A stretch of 55,558 bases of DNA, counting the filler, from Squatina squatina (taxonomy: Eukaryota): the NCBI GenBank assembly GCA_031763465.1. It is 3 parts of 3 records of this genome, joined end to end, with 100 filler letters (N's around TTAATTAATTAA, not from the genome) between each part and the next. Parts side by side here need not be neighbours in the genome. Positions count along the whole stretch, not along the records: positions 1 to 24,275 come from JARFOE010000120.1; 2 more parts are not named here. One strand, written 5' to 3'. A model generated the notes under the pieces. That model had not been told where the DNA came from. It made no database searches and saw only the letters and a program-made list of their open reading frames with translations. The translations under genes and the position numbers were made by a program. This document shows positions 10,811-24,375 of the stretch, in pieces; positions within the stretch are counted from its first letter, which is position 1; the number at the start of each line of letters is the position of its first letter.

Positions 10811-13199
10811 TACTATTAAAGCAAATAAATAAAATAGCATAAAGCATCTCTTAAATAAAGCCAATGTAAACTTTATTTTCAGAAAGCTCTGTTTTTACAT
10901 TTGTCATATTGTCAGTAAAAATCCCACCTATTGACATTCACAGAGTACATTTCAATAGTCTCATCTGGGAGTAGAGATCTGACCTTTCAAAAGCATTAAC
11001 TGGCCCTGAAGTTCCATTATAGTCTTTTAATTCCTGACAATCGGTATCTGAATTTCATTTCTTCTCTCCCTTCTCTTTTGAATCTCTCCTCTTTATAAAC
11101 TAGTGACTGGGTTGAAGAGATAGCAGGGGTGTGTTTGATATGAGGCCTTGCTCCCTTGGAGATAAGGTGTTGATGCGGAAGCTTATCGCTAATGACACAA
11201 GGGGAAAGCTATCATTACCATAAAGTGCAGGAGTTGTCATTGCAAACATGCAGAATGTCACTGCTACTCTCTAATGCGATAGCTCAGTCCACCACTCTTC
11301 AAGACTCTTAGCAACTTATTTACTTTCATCTTTAACTCAACAGTTTCCTTTAAAGAAATATATGGATCATATCAGAACTGTCAATGAAATACATTGTTTT
11401 GATTTTTTTTCGAAGGGAATTTTTTTCTAAGAAGATCTTTCTTTCATCGGGAAACTACATTTGACGTCTGAAATATAGCACAGCATGCTGGGATAGCAGT
11501 TAAAGATGGTCTGGAGGAGTAAAGTAGCTGTTGTGTTAACTATTACGGTGTTTATTAATATTCCTATTTGTTTGCCTTTTTATCTGGCCCCACTGATTCT
11601 GAATTTTGACGTTAGGAGCAGGTTTTGTAATGTGCCGTAAAAGCAAATAAGTACATGCATCACCTGGAGCCTATTGTAACAAGTGGTCTGGTGTTCCTGC
11701 TGTGACAGAGTTGCTGGTGAGAGACCTTGAACAAGGTCACTTTCAAAGAACGTTGGACTGTGGTTAGAATCATGGAATCATGGGTGTGACTGCTGCCAAC
11801 GAATTGAAAGTGTTCTGCCCGTGCGCACTTCCGGTTCGTCACGGGAGCGGGCTCCTTAACATTTTTTTTTAAAAGCCGTGAAGGGAGCGGGCTCGTGAGA
11901 AGAAACTGGGAAGGGAGCTGGCTCATTAAAAAACATCCGGGAAGGGAGCGAGCTCGTTAGCTTGCTCCTTTTAAAAAAACAAAAACATCACGCTCCCGGT
12001 TGTTGATGTGCGCAGTACGCTTCTGTGTAGCTTATGGTCGTTGGCAGCAGTCACTCCGTAGAATCATACAGCGCAGAAGGAGACCGTTCATCTCTTTGGT
12101 AGAGCCATCCAATTAGTCCCACTCCCCCTGCTCTTTCCCCACAGCCCTGTAATTTTTTTCCCTNNNNNNNNNNNNNNNNNNNNNNNNNNNNNNNNATAGT
12201 GAAACCTAGCGATCGATAACTTCATGTATCAATAGCACCTCGTGTCGATGTAGATGTTGTGGGAATCACAGCGTTACAAGGCTCATTTTTCACTTGAAAA
12301 GAGAAATGTGCTAAAGAGAAATAAAAGAGAGATTACAACGGAGGTATTGTATTATTTCCTCCTGCAACTCAGTTATTACTTTCCCATTACAAAGCTTTGA
12401 AAATGAAAAGAGCAGCATTTATTGTTTAGTATATGAGCTTTCTTTCCACTTCACGCCTTGAACTGTTGGTGATAAATCTTACACATAGTGCAGGGCAATT
12501 TCAAAAGCACAAATTATTAATTCTGCACCACAGTCAACGGCAATGGAAAAGATTTATCGGCTGACAGGAGAGAAAGGGAAAATACAGAAGGAGGTGAGGA
12601 AGGAAGTAATTCAGCGTGTACGCCAGACTTGTTACCACTCAACACTCGCAGCCACTAGCCCAACCCAAACCTCAAGTCCAACAACAAAACTCTTCACCAT
12701 TTTAAGCCCATGTCTTTCTCTATTCTTTTACAGCTCTCTAGAGTGGGGTTTCAATGGCTTCTCCGTTTAGTGTGGAAGGAATTATTGGTTTGGAAACAGT
12801 AGGTAAAAAGGAGTATGCCTTTACCCGACATTACAAGGTTTGTGACTTTGGGAATTACAGACACATACGCACAATGTAGGATTAACTTTATTTGTTTAAC
12901 TCAAGTTAGACCTTACACACATGCAATGATTCTAACTAATTAAACACAAACAAAGTAAATACCTTAAGGAATCCCATTTATGCTAACCCGGCTCAAGGGC
13001 TGGTCAGGCCTATCTTGCCCTGGGTGCCCATTCGGTGACCAAACCGAGGACTCCTTTATGACTATGGCAGTAAAGCAATATCCTTTTCATCGCAATTTTN
13101 NNNNNNNNNNNNNNNNNNNNNNNNNNNNNNNNNNNNNNNNNNNNNNNNNNNNNNNNNNNNNNNNNNNNNNNNNNNNNNNNNNNNNNNNNNNNNNNNNNN

Positions 13200-13292
13200 C
13201 TTTCAGGGAGTATGGGCCCAGTCTATTCAATCTCTCCTCATAGGACAACCCTCTCATCCCGGGAATCAATCTAGTGAACCTCCGTTGCACCC
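13200..13292 (-). mobile_element. CR1 LINE ORF2 C-terminal fragment
   Basis: Translates GVQRRFTRLIPGMRGLSYEERLNRLGPYSL. Confidence 0.85.
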
Positions 13293-13994
13293 CCTAGATA
13301 CAGATATGCACATCAAGATAGGTAACACAGACAGGCAGAGAGACGCACATTGCGATAGATGTATAGGCAGACAGACAGACAGATGCAAAACTATGTTATT
13401 GTTCTTTCATCTACTCTATTTGTAGATTATTGATCTGAGGTTCTTTTACCCAAAGAAATTCTTCAGGAATCACCCATCCATGTTCAGACAATAAAAGTAG
13501 ATGCTAAAATTTAATAAGACGCAGAATTACTTGCTGCTGAATTCAGATTGCTCCATAAATTACACTGCACAAAGTAAAACCTTTTCCTCTTGTCTGAGCG
13601 CCAAATGCTAAATTCCAGATTTGATTTAAGAAAGCAATACTTCATGTTAATGAAATTGGCTTTTGATTTAATAAGTATTACTGCAACAAAACTGACTGGA
13701 CTAAAATATTCATTATTTGTGGGCTCATCCATACTGTCAAAGGCCACAGATATCACATTTTCATGTACTCAGAATCAATAAGTTGTGGCCTGAATACAAA
13801 AATAAAAGATCACGCACTGGTGCCACCAAAGCAAAACTGCTTTAGAAAAAGAATTTGTAAGTCAATAACTCGAGATTGGAAAAGTTGTTCACGTGATTCG
13901 CTTTGGGGTGAAATTTCTCCCAGTGCACTGGCGGCGTGTTAAAGTGGAGGTCACCGTTCCGCCTTATTATGGTTTATGCTCTTGCTGCTATCTT

Positions 13995-14156
13995 TGGTTG
14001 TGGCTCAGTGGGTAGCACCCTTGCTGTGGGGTCAGAAGGTTGTGGGTTCAAGTTCCCACTCCAGAGACTTGAGCACATGAATCAAGGCTGACATTTCAGT
14101 GCAGTGCTGAGGGAGTGCTGCACTGTCAGAGGTGCTGCCGTCTTTCAGATGAGATG
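13995..14156 (+). mobile_element. Deu-domain SINE 5' part
   Basis: gtggctcagtgggtagcacc...gggttcaagttcccactccagagacttgagcac...gtctttcagatgaga. Confidence 0.85.
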
Positions 14157-14462
14157 NNNNNNNNNNNNNNNNNNNNNNNNNNNNNNNNNNNNNNNNNNNN
14201 NNNNNNNNNNNNNNNNNNNNNNNNNNNNNNNNNNNNNNNNNNNNNNNNNNNNNNNNNNNNNNNNNNNNNNNNNNNNNNNNNNNNNNNNNNNNNNNNNNNN
14301 NNNNNNNNNNNNNNNNNNNNNNNNNNNNNNNNNNNNNNNNNNNNNNNNNNNNNNNNNNNNNNNNNNNNNNNNNNNNNNNNNNNNNNNNNNNNNNNNNNNN
14401 NNNNNNNNNNNNNNNNNNNNNNNNNNNNNNNNNNNNNNNNNNNNNNNNNNNNNNNNNNNNNN

Positions 14463-14628
14463 GTTTCATGGTCACCATCACTGATACTTATTCCAGATTT
14501 ATTTAATTAACTGAATTTAAATTCCCCAGCTGCCATGTGTGGGATTCTGAACCCATGCCCTATGGATTATTACTCCAGGTCTCCGGAATTACAAGTCCAG
14601 CAACATAACCACGATGCTACCGTACCCT
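14463..14628 (-). mobile_element. 5' part of the second tRNA-headed SINE family
   Basis: Reverse complement resembles 6375-6460 (ggtagcatcgtggttatgttgctggacttgtaattcc...). Confidence 0.6.
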
Positions 14629-17569
14629 TTGTGGAAGACACAGGCTTAAAGGGTTAATGAGGTTGTCTCATCCCATAATTCCTGATGCTCTGACTATCGC
14701 TTCCCTTTTTTTGTAACTTATGCAGTTTGGTTCTGCTTTGCTGTCTGAGATTTCCTACTTTGAATTTTATCATTGAGGAATTCACATCTTTCTTCACTGC
14801 TGCCATAATGTCCACATAGTGCTGCATCACATGATAGGAAGAAGGAGGATTTTAGAATATTGCAACATACGAGAGCGAAAAGTACCTTTAGGCCCATCAA
14901 GCCACCTCCATGGAGAGTCCATGCATGGTTATTCCTCCATGGACCTCCGTCCCACACCACTGACCATTAATTTCCTTCCCTAAAAAAAAATCAAGCAATG
15001 TTGCCAAATATCTCTAACACCCTCAGTACCACTGCCCAACAAATATCGATTCAGCCTCTTTATAAAGGTGCCAACTGAATGCAAATCAACTACCTCTGGG
15101 AGTTCATCACATCACCTTAGAGTCAGACAAGAATGGGGTTAACTGACGGCAAAAGAGGGCTGCACTGTACCTGAGACAGCTTCCATAACAATACATTCCA
15201 TGTTATTGAATAACTCCTCGGATATATTGTGTAGTAATAATAATAATGCATTCTGTTTTACAGAGATATAGCTCTCAAGTGTATCATATATGTGCAATTC
15301 TTCAGTTGACAAGGACTCAGAGGACAAACTCTCAGAGAAATTAGCATACTTAAAGGCAATAATGGAGAGAGCCATCCCATTTTATTGCCAGTTGTGTACA
15401 TAAACTGCACAGTTGACTTAAGCCAGCCTTAGTGGCTCACCCAGGTTCACCTCTCTACCAAGGCTTTAAGGTCAAATACTTGAAAAGGATATATGTGTAA
15501 GGCTGTGGGGAAATATAGCTCGTTCAAAGAGCTAGCACAGGCACAATGGGTCAAATGGCCTCCATCTATCCTGTAACATTGTATAATTCTAAGTAGAACC
15601 ATCAAAGACCGAAACAGGAGATATAACCAACATCCTTAATAATAAATTACCACAAAAAATAATGAATTCACAGAAATCTCAGAGATGTATACTTGTGGGT
15701 TTCACCACACTTTTTTAGTGCTCCACTTTCCTTTGTATCAGAACAGTTCCTGCAGAAAATATATTTTCAAACTACTTGTTGGGGGAGGGAGAAGAATTAA
15801 ATTTTTTTTACTCTATTTCTAAGAAACTACAGAATGTCCGTTGCAAACATTTTATTCACAGCAAAATAGTGCAATGTGTTCAAAATAGAATATTTCATGC
15901 TGTGAGTCATTCAGTCAGTCTCAGTGATGAGATGAAAATTATAATACCTTGCTTGTTCCACTTAATAAATAGAGATGACGAACTTTGATGAGTTCTCAAA
16001 AAATTAGGGAGCAAATTGGTGGTGTCAGCAGCGTACTTAGTCCTCTATCACATCATTCATCTTCTCCCTGTGCTTTNNNNNNNNNNNNNNNNNNNNNNNN
16101 NNNNNNNNNNNNNNNNNNNNNNNNNNNNNNNNNNNNNNNNNNNNNNNNNNNNNNNNNNNNNNNNNNNNNNNNNNNNCTGTGCATCCTATTTAACTTGAGC
16201 ACAGTGCAGACAGTAACTTTCTCCCTGCTGTCCTGTCAACAGCGGATCAATTGGCCAACTCTCTCAGAGGTGGCTGGCGTCGGAAATGGAATGAAAGCCC
16301 CATTGGTGCAGCAAGGGATGCTCTTCTGAGGTTAGAACAGAGTACAGTGAAATTTACTCTGCGTCCACCAATGCAACAACTGATCTGGCAGTGCTCAATG
16401 CTCACACGACAGTCGATGACCAAGATACTTCACTTCCTCATCGGCAACATTTCTCATCTTGATCAGAATTTCTTTTTATGTAAAATAGCCGTTAATATAT
16501 AATTCTTCTAGGAGAGACAATCGTCTCTCGGCCAATAGTTACCCTCATCCTTTGGCCCGCAATTTGAGAACAGGCTCTTTCTTCATAGGAAGCAGTGTTT
16601 TCACAACGTTTATAAGCTGGTTAATTGAAGATTTAAAGGTGGCAAACCGGATAAAACTCTGACAAGCTATTATAATGTGTACTGGGCAGAATCCTCCTGT
16701 AATCAGCAGGAGATTACTTCACCAGAAAGTCTGCTGCTATGACTTTGCAACTCTCTCATTTCAATGTCAGAAGAACAAAAGAGGAGAAAAGGCTCCTCAC
16801 CCCATCGAATTTTATCCCTCTGGTACATTAACTCTCCCATTGTGGCATCTAATTGTGTTCAGAATGACCTCTATTACCTTACTTGGTAGATTGTTTGAAA
16901 CATAGAGTGAAGGAAGAACTTTTTCCTGGCATCTATTTTAAATGTACTTCTTACTCATTTCCATTGACATCCTGTCATCTTGCTTCTTGGCATACTTTCC
17001 ACTAATAATTTGGGTTTATCTACATCACTTAATATTTTATATATTTCAATGAGATTCGCCCTTAGCCACCTAACTTCTGGCCTGTAAAACTTCAGCCCAG
17101 AAGCTCAGATTATTCGGAAAAATGCATTAAAGGACAAAAGCAAAGAAGTAGAATCATAGAATCTTACAGCACAGAAGGAGGTCATTCGGGCCGTCTTGCC
17201 TGTGCCGGCTCTTTGGTTGAGCTGTCCAATTAATCCTGCTCTTTGCCCACAGCCCTGTAATTTTTTTCCCTTCAGCTAACTGTTGAGATACCGCCCAGGT
17301 AATTCCCCAGTAAGATCCTGCGGGGCACCTCCCCACTCAGCACAACTTCAATCGGGAATTAAGCAGAAGAGAATGGGGTGTTGGCGAGGGCTGTTACAGC
17401 ACCCAGAACCGCCTAAAGATGAAGAATGTGGGTGATCCCTGAAAATGAGGTCAGAAGGAATGGCTTCCGTTTTGCTAACATTTAGTGGAGAAAGTTTCAA
17501 CTCCTCCAGGTTTTAATGTCAGACAGACAACTGTGTCCGGCACGGCTTCAAGAGTCAGTGGAGGAGCCT

Positions 17570-17630
17570 GAGAGATAGAGCTGAAAGAAGCAGAGATCCG
17601 GAGTTGGGTGTCATCAGCTTGACCCCATAC
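17570..17630 (-). mobile_element. Degenerate L2 reverse-transcriptase relic
   Basis: Translates QADDTQLRIS, resembling the L2 catalytic YADDTQLYLS motif. Confidence 0.45.
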
Positions 17631-18142
17631 TTCCACAGTAGGTAGATAGTGCATTGATTCTGAAGAGAGACACAAAAATAGAGCTCTGGTGTACTATCGA
17701 GGTGATCGCGCAGGTCTGGGAGAGGAGAATATAAATAAACTCATTTACTTCCTTTGAACTTGTCCTATACTTTACCACCATTTCAGATTTGATGACTGAA
17801 CACCACCTCACTTACAGATGCAATATTGCATGTAAATAAATTAATTGAACTCTGAAGTTGCAGCTTGATCTGTTCTTCTGTACTTTAATAAACCACATCA
17901 TCCACCTCAGCTCACCAGCTGCTCAATTCAACTATTACGAAATGGGGGGTGAGTAAGCCTCAAAACCGAACAATGGAAATAGAAAGCCTACCTCAGAACC
18001 AGCATGGTAATGCAGTCACTAGAATTCAAAGAGAAATTGCAGNNNNNNNNNNNNNNNNNNNNNNNNNNNNNNNNNNNNNNNNNNNNNNNNNNNNNNNNNN
18101 NNNNNNNNNNNNNNNNNNNNNNNNNNNNNNNNNNNNNNNNNN

Positions 18143-18436
18143 CAATGACGCCAGCTTCACTAGCAATAGTGACCCGCGGACCAATTCCGGTCGCGGGCCG
18201 CTAGTGACGTTAAAAGGTTTTGCGGGCGGCGTTATGGGGTCGGTGCACGATGTAATGACATTGTGCGCTGACTTGTGTTGGATTTCTCGCCCCCTGTGCA
18301 TAGGCCTTTGTGCCGCTGACACCAATTCCGCGGGCAATGGTTCTACGCCTGCGGAACGACAAAAACACGTTTTACACCCCGTTAGCGCCCCTCGAAGGCC
18401 CTAAGGGGGATGCAAAACGAGACCAATTGGGCCCCC
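18143..18436. mobile_element. GC-rich DNA-transposon-like element, right part
   Basis: CpG-rich block ending ccaattgggccccc with a subterminal dyad. Confidence 0.5.
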
Positions 18437-18753
18437 AAGAATATGAATTTTTTAAATCTTTACTGTTTTCTGCTGACATCTTAATAGATCTATTGCTGTC
18501 TTTGATGGGATAAAGGATTAGTTTCCAAATGACATTGCTAATGAAACTTTTCATAAGTAATTTATGAAAATAACAAAAATTCAAAAGTACCCTGAAGCAA
18601 GGTTGTTGAAACAATAACAGCCACCACAGGGTGACTGTGCAAAGATAATGATGNNNNNNNNNNNNNNNNNNNNNNNNNNNNNNNNNNNNNNNNNNNNNNN
18701 NNNNNNNNNNNNNNNNNNNNNNNNNNNNNNNNNNNNNNNNNNNNNNNNNNNNN

Positions 18754-18900
18754 ATCCAAACGACTGCACCTCCGACAGTGCAGCGCCCTTCAGCACTGCA
18801 CTGGAGGGTCAGTCTAGATTTTGCGCTCAAGTCTCTGGAGTGGGGCTTTGAACCTCATGAGCTTCTTCCTCAGAGGCGTGAGCGGTACCCACTGAGCCAC
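18754..18900 (-). mobile_element. Deu-domain SINE 5' part
   Basis: cacctccgacagtgcagcgcccttcagcactgcactggag...cccactgagccac. Confidence 0.8.
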
Positions 18901-20482
18901 AAAACCCTCTTGGAAAGTCTCTGCTCTAAGAAAATAAGAATGCTCACTTGATAACTCAGAAGTCCAATTCAAACCATTCGATATTAAATTTGCTGCTGCT
19001 GAGGCAGCTTTGGAGATCACACATCACTTCTCGTTCAGAAAACACCGACACTTTCTTATAAGGGATAAAGCTTGTCCCTGAGACACATACGAGAAAATCA
19101 CTTGTCCCAATTAAATTTGAAGTGCCTCAGCTGCAGCTGAAATTATGCCAAATGCTCCAAACAATTTTACAAAAGGCTGAATTGCCTCTTCTCGTCTCGG
19201 TCGAGGCAATCTCTGGGTTTAATATCTCGACAGTGTTCTCTGTGGTACAGACCTCAGTTGAATAATTCAAACTGACATTCTAGTCTGAGGCTCAGAGTAA
19301 CTCGTTCTCTCACTGTGCTTTCTCCCCTTACCTCAGTTGGTACAACAATCTGCGCCAACGGGTCCTTTTGAGTCTGACTATTTTAATGGCTAACATGGCG
19401 CTTTNNNNNNNNNNNNNNNNNNNNNNNNNNNNNNNNNNNNNNNNNNNNNNNNNNNNNNNNNNNNNNNNNNNNNNNNNNNNNNNNNNNNNNNNNNNNNNNN
19501 NNNNGGTTCTGCCAATCTCTTGGTGACAATGGCATAACCTCCACAGAAATTCAGCAGCAATGTCATGCACATGTCTTGTCAGTGTTTTTTACACTGTTGC
19601 TTGCCCTTTCTGAAATGTACTTAGTACTACCTAGCCTTGTGCTCCTTCTGAGTGACTCCCTAGAGGAAAAGTCAGTGTGGAGGCTGTCTACTCTATGTAT
19701 ATTGTAGGTGTAGATGATCAGGCACCTCCTTGTTCTCGGTCAGTAGATGACATCAGAACTGTGAGTTCAATGGTGCAATCTTTCCAATGTGGCCCCAGGT
19801 AGAAAGTGACAAGAGGCACAGCAGAGTGACTCAGGTCAGCTGGCCACACATCACTCTTCACAGGCACTGCTCTGAGACCAGTGCAACAGTATAACTAAGC
19901 TCTTAATCACTTGAGCAGTAAAATAGTTTACGCACTAAACGCAGAATCGCCAAAAGTGCTGAATAGAATTCGGGATGACAAGCTGAATCATTTATGAGCT
20001 CACAGCAGCTATTATGCTGAGCAGACGCAGCAGTTCCGACAAATATTGTGTATGACTCTTGGGGGGCTTTGTGAGACTTTTATTAATATTTATTGAATTT
20101 ACTTTACAGGACTTTTTAGTAGCAGAATAAGCCACATAGTTACATACATGAATCTTGGCAGACTGGCAGGTGTAAAAAAATAAAAGATTACAATATTCCA
20201 AATGGTAGCATGATAGAAATATCAAAGTGTTAATTAAATTATTTTCAGGCAATCATCACCTTATTCCAGTGGCTTCAATCCATTGCTGCTTTGTAATGTG
20301 TTCAGTCAGGTGACAGCCTCTGCATCTTATTATCGGCTGATAGTTATCAGTCTACCTTTGGAGATTTGATTGGGTAGTAACACAGTTGTAATGAAGACTA
20401 CAGTTGCTTGTACTATATTTGCAGGATTTTATCGCACTGCACAATTTGGGCTGAAAATGCCTACTAACAATTAAGCCTAGAT

Positions 20483-20935
20483 CTCAGCTGTGGCTCAGTT
20501 GGCAACACTTTCAATTCTGAACCTCTGAGTCAGAAGGTTGTGGGTTTGAGACCCATTCCAGAGACATGAGCACTAAATCTAGGTTGACACTCCCGTGCAG
20601 TACTGAGGGAATCTTTTGGACGAGGCGTTAAACTGAGGTCCTGTCTGCTCTCTCAGGTGGACGCAAAAGATCCCACGGCACTATTTCGAAGAAGAGCAGA
20701 AGAGTTCTCCCCGGTGTCCTTGCCAATGTTTATCCCTCAATCAACATCACAGAAACAGATTATCTGGTCAGTATCACAGTGCTGTTTGTGGGAGCTTGCT
20801 GTGCACAAATTGGCTGCCGCGTTTCCCACATTACAACAGTGACTACACTCCAAAAGCGCCTCATTAGCTGTGAAGCGCTTTGGGACATTCTGAGGTCAGG
20901 AAAGTTGCGATAGAAATGCAAATCTTTTCTTTTCT
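20483..20935 (+). mobile_element. Deu-domain SINE, near full length
   Basis: A-box-like tggctcagttgg, B-box-like gggtttgagaccc, Deu core, and tail tagaaatgcaaatcttt. Confidence 0.88.
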
Positions 20936-22097
20936 TCTCTTGTTATCATGAAGATCAAGTGATTCATCACATTTTCAAAACTAGCAGAAAAAGCACAGTT
21001 CAATTGGAGTTCAATTAAATCATTTCTTCAAGCTGGTTTCATCTCTACTTATCTCTCGTGTACCTGCCATAGTGAATTCAACAGGGAAACCTTATTAGTT
21101 TTAATTGAAATGTTATTGATGTTTTACCAAAGAAGAGATAGAAACACACAGATTAGCACATAATAACCCCTCTGAAGCACTAATAGACCAAAAGTCCTTT
21201 ACAAATCGATAGATTGCAAAATGGAATGACCCTATTTATTACGCCAGCTGCTTGGCAACAGCCCTCCCTGGCCTAATTTGCACAAGACAGATTCTTGTCA
21301 GTGCCTTAGTAAACAAATGCAGAAAATAAACATTAATTCTCGCCTATTTTCCACAAAGGCAATAGTGGTGTGTGAATATTGAACAATTCCAGTCTTTCCC
21401 AACCACTGGCGTACATGAGCTGCTTGAATCATCGCCACTAATGTTCCAAACTAGTCGTGCAACTGGCCTAGTGACTCATCTCCACAGCTCAACACCTTGT
21501 AAATGCAAATTCTTCCTTTCTGTCAAATAATTCATAAGCCAAAACAGGTTGAATGTGTCAAATGAGCATAGAAAAGAATTTTATGCTAACTCATTAACCA
21601 GTGCTCTTCAACCTCACTTGAGTTTATCATTCACATCCTTGGGAAGGGGTGGAGCATCAATAATAAATTGATTTTGTTTCCCTGATGCTTTTTTTGAAAT
21701 GCACATTCAAACCAGTTAATTTTTTTTAAATTAAATAAAACATTGAAGCTATATCGTACCCTCACAAGGCTGCGGCTTTAGATTTGTTTATTTTCCTCCC
21801 CGATCCTCTCTGCTGCTATCCTGAGGTTGTTTCATCTTGTTTGCAGCCCCCCAGCACCTCAGTGGCCCAGTGACGGCTTCCATTGTGAGACCGTTTGCTG
21901 GCGCTCGCTGCCCACGCTGACCTCTGAACTCGCAAGGCCAGCAAGCCTAATCCACCCTTAGGCTGCTCTAACCCATGGCGGATGCCTCTTCAAGCAGNNN
22001 NNNNNNNNNNNNNNNNNNNNNNNNNNNNNNNNNNNNNNNNNNNNNNNNNNNNNNNNNNNNNNNNNNNNNNNNNNNNNNNNNNNNNNNNNNNNNNNNN

Positions 22098-22226
22098 GGT
22101 TATGGGGAGAAGGCGGGAAAGTGGACTTGAGGAATGTCAGATCAGCCATGATCCAATTGAATGGCGGAGCGGGCTCAAGGGGCCGAGTGGCCTATTCCTG
22201 TTCCTACTTCTTATGGTTTTATGGTC
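22098..22226 (+). mobile_element. CR1 LINE 3' end
   Basis: ggttatggggagaaggcggg...gatcagccatgat...gaatggcggagc...ggcctattcctgttcct..ttcttatg. Confidence 0.85.
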
Positions 22227-23849
22227 TTAAAACCAAGACTGTACGCTCGGTTTTACCATGCGGAAAAAAATTAAAGAGATTTCCACAGGCCAGAGTTGAG
22301 GGAACATCGCAACTCTCTGCCCTGGAAACCTCTTTTGCAGCAGAAGCCGAGGATCTGTCAAGAGAAACCTTGTAAGATCGCAAGTTCCGGATTTGTGGGC
22401 AGGCGCACCCGGGGGTCGCAATTTCAGCTCCTATGAGGCCACTGGAGTGCTGATGCTACCAAGAGAGGCAGGCGTAACTTCAGCTCAACGCCTCATCCAA
22501 ATGGGCAAAGCGGCCCAAAGCTACGATTTGCCGTTAATTTCCACGCTCGGAAAATGAAAAGCCTCGGAACCGAACCCACCATCCCCACCCCCTCGGATTC
22601 AGCTGAAGCATCCCCCGCGTCTGCTGGCTTTCCAATCCTCTTTATCGAGAGGTAAATATTATGCCGACAGTTGCTTCACGATACCGTCTCTGTTGGTAGG
22701 GACAAAGAAGCCAGCTCACTGTAAAAATCTGTTTTATTTTTGGAGCTCTGCTCTCGGCAGCCGAGCACACGAATCCCATTAAGTATTCAGGGGTTGGCGC
22801 CCCCTGTGTATTGCCAGAGAACAAGTGTATTCCCCATAGCTCGCCTGTTTGCTCATTAAATCTAAAGCAACATCTGTGCCGAGTCTTTAGCTTTTCTTCG
22901 CTGGAACCAACCTATTACCTGTGTGAATGAATTATAAATCAAACTTTCAATCCCCAACTGGATTAGCAGGGGAAACAACAGCTGCGTCCCAGCTTCCTCC
23001 TACAAACCCCAATTAACCTTACACAAGCAGGTTACTGTGTAATCATCAATGCAATAGTGTTTGTACCAAAGAGCACAGGCTGGGCTCCTGAGGGGCTTTA
23101 CTTCATGGGCCTGTTATCGTGAGAAACAAGGCGGAAAACACGTGGAAAGGAAGTCCGCTCTTGGGGCCTGGCAGCTCAAGGTGCAGTCAGAGGGCAGCTC
23201 AACTTTAATAAGGGGGGGCGGGCGAGTCGGAGAAGCTGCTCGCCATCGACGGTCGAGTTTGGTTTGTATCGAGCCCAGCGCACGGAACTCTAGTGGTTAC
23301 AGATCAACTGCTGGACACACCGGGAGACCGGAATGCCATTAAAAGCGGCTCTCCAACCAGCGGGCCAGTGTGCTGTTGGTTTGGGTGCAAGACCGCCTCG
23401 GTATGGAAGCAGCTGCCCCCGCACATCGCACTTGAACTGCTTCCACGCTCCGCGCCCGCCCTTACTGCTGGCACTGATGGTCGGCGGGCGCAAAGATCTT
23501 GTGTCATCACCCTCAGCCTCGAGGGTGAACTGGGCTCAGAGCCCAACGGCTCCGCTCAGCCACTGGGCCTGGGCGAATCCCCAGGAGATGAGACCCGAGC
23601 GGCACTACCCGGGGCCATTAGCATGCCGCTCGTAAAGTGTGAGAGCACTTACACTGGCTTCCCAGTGGCGGGTCTCCGGAGTAATGGCAGACACGCAACA
23701 GAATAAAACCCGGCAACATGCTTCTCGTGCATGCACAGATTCCTTTTTAAATCTATGGTCATGGATCTTCTCCAGTGGCCACAGAAGGGCTAAACTGACC
23801 AGCAGTATGGGGGAAAACAAGAGACGTGAAAATGCTGGTTACCTGTGAT

Positions 23850-24275
23850 AGGAAGGAAGGGAGGTAGGATGGGATGGAGGAAGGAAAGAAGGAAGAAAGT
23901 AAAGGAGGAAGGATGGGAGGGGGTAGGAAGGAAGGAGGAAGGAAGGGATGAAGGAAAGGAGGAAGGAAGTTGGGAAGAAGGGAGGGAGGAAGTAAAGGAG
24001 GAAGGATAGGAGAGAGGAAGGATGGGAGAGAGGAAAGGAGGGAGGGAGGAAATAAAGGAGGAAGGAAAGGAGGGAAGTAGGATNNNNNNNNNNNNNNNNN
24101 NNNNNNNNNNNNNNNNNNNNNNNNNNNNNNNNNNNNNNNNNNNNNNNNNNNNNNNNNNNNNNNNNNNNNNNNNNNNNNNNNNNNNNNNNNNNNNNNNNNN
24201 NNNNNNNNNNNNNNNNNNNNNNNNNNNNNNNNNNNNNNAGGGAAGGAGGAAGGAAAGGAGGGAGGGAGGGAGGAA
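23850..24275. repeat. Purine-rich (GGAA/GGAG)n low-complexity tract
   Basis: Almost all G/A, at the scaffold end and spanning a gap. Confidence 0.9.
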
Positions 24276-24375
24276 NNNNNNNNNNNNNNNNNNNNNNNNN
24301 NNNNNNNNNNNNNNNNNNNTTAATTAATTAANNNNNNNNNNNNNNNNNNNNNNNNNNNNNNNNNNNNNNNNNNNN
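24276..24375. other. Artificial scaffold linker (six-frame stop spacer)
   Basis: 44 N + TTAATTAATTAA (24320-24331) + 44 N = 100 nt. Confidence 0.95.

Noticed and set aside
19332-19404. Possible minus-strand exon ending GAG|gtaagg
   Set aside because: The donor is good, but the acceptor is weak or in a gap and the peptide is unrecognised.
20483-20565. tRNA gene (A-box and B-box)
   Set aside because: It is the tRNA-derived head of a SINE and is followed directly by the Deu core. The same applies to the other copies.
23061-23848. Cluster of overlapping ORFs on both strands
   Set aside because: The region is locally GC-rich, with no recognisable protein and no convincing splice sites.
24320-24331. 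TTAATTAATTAA as a biological palindrome or homeobox site
   Set aside because: It is centred in N padding and repeated identically at 40217, so it is an assembly linker.
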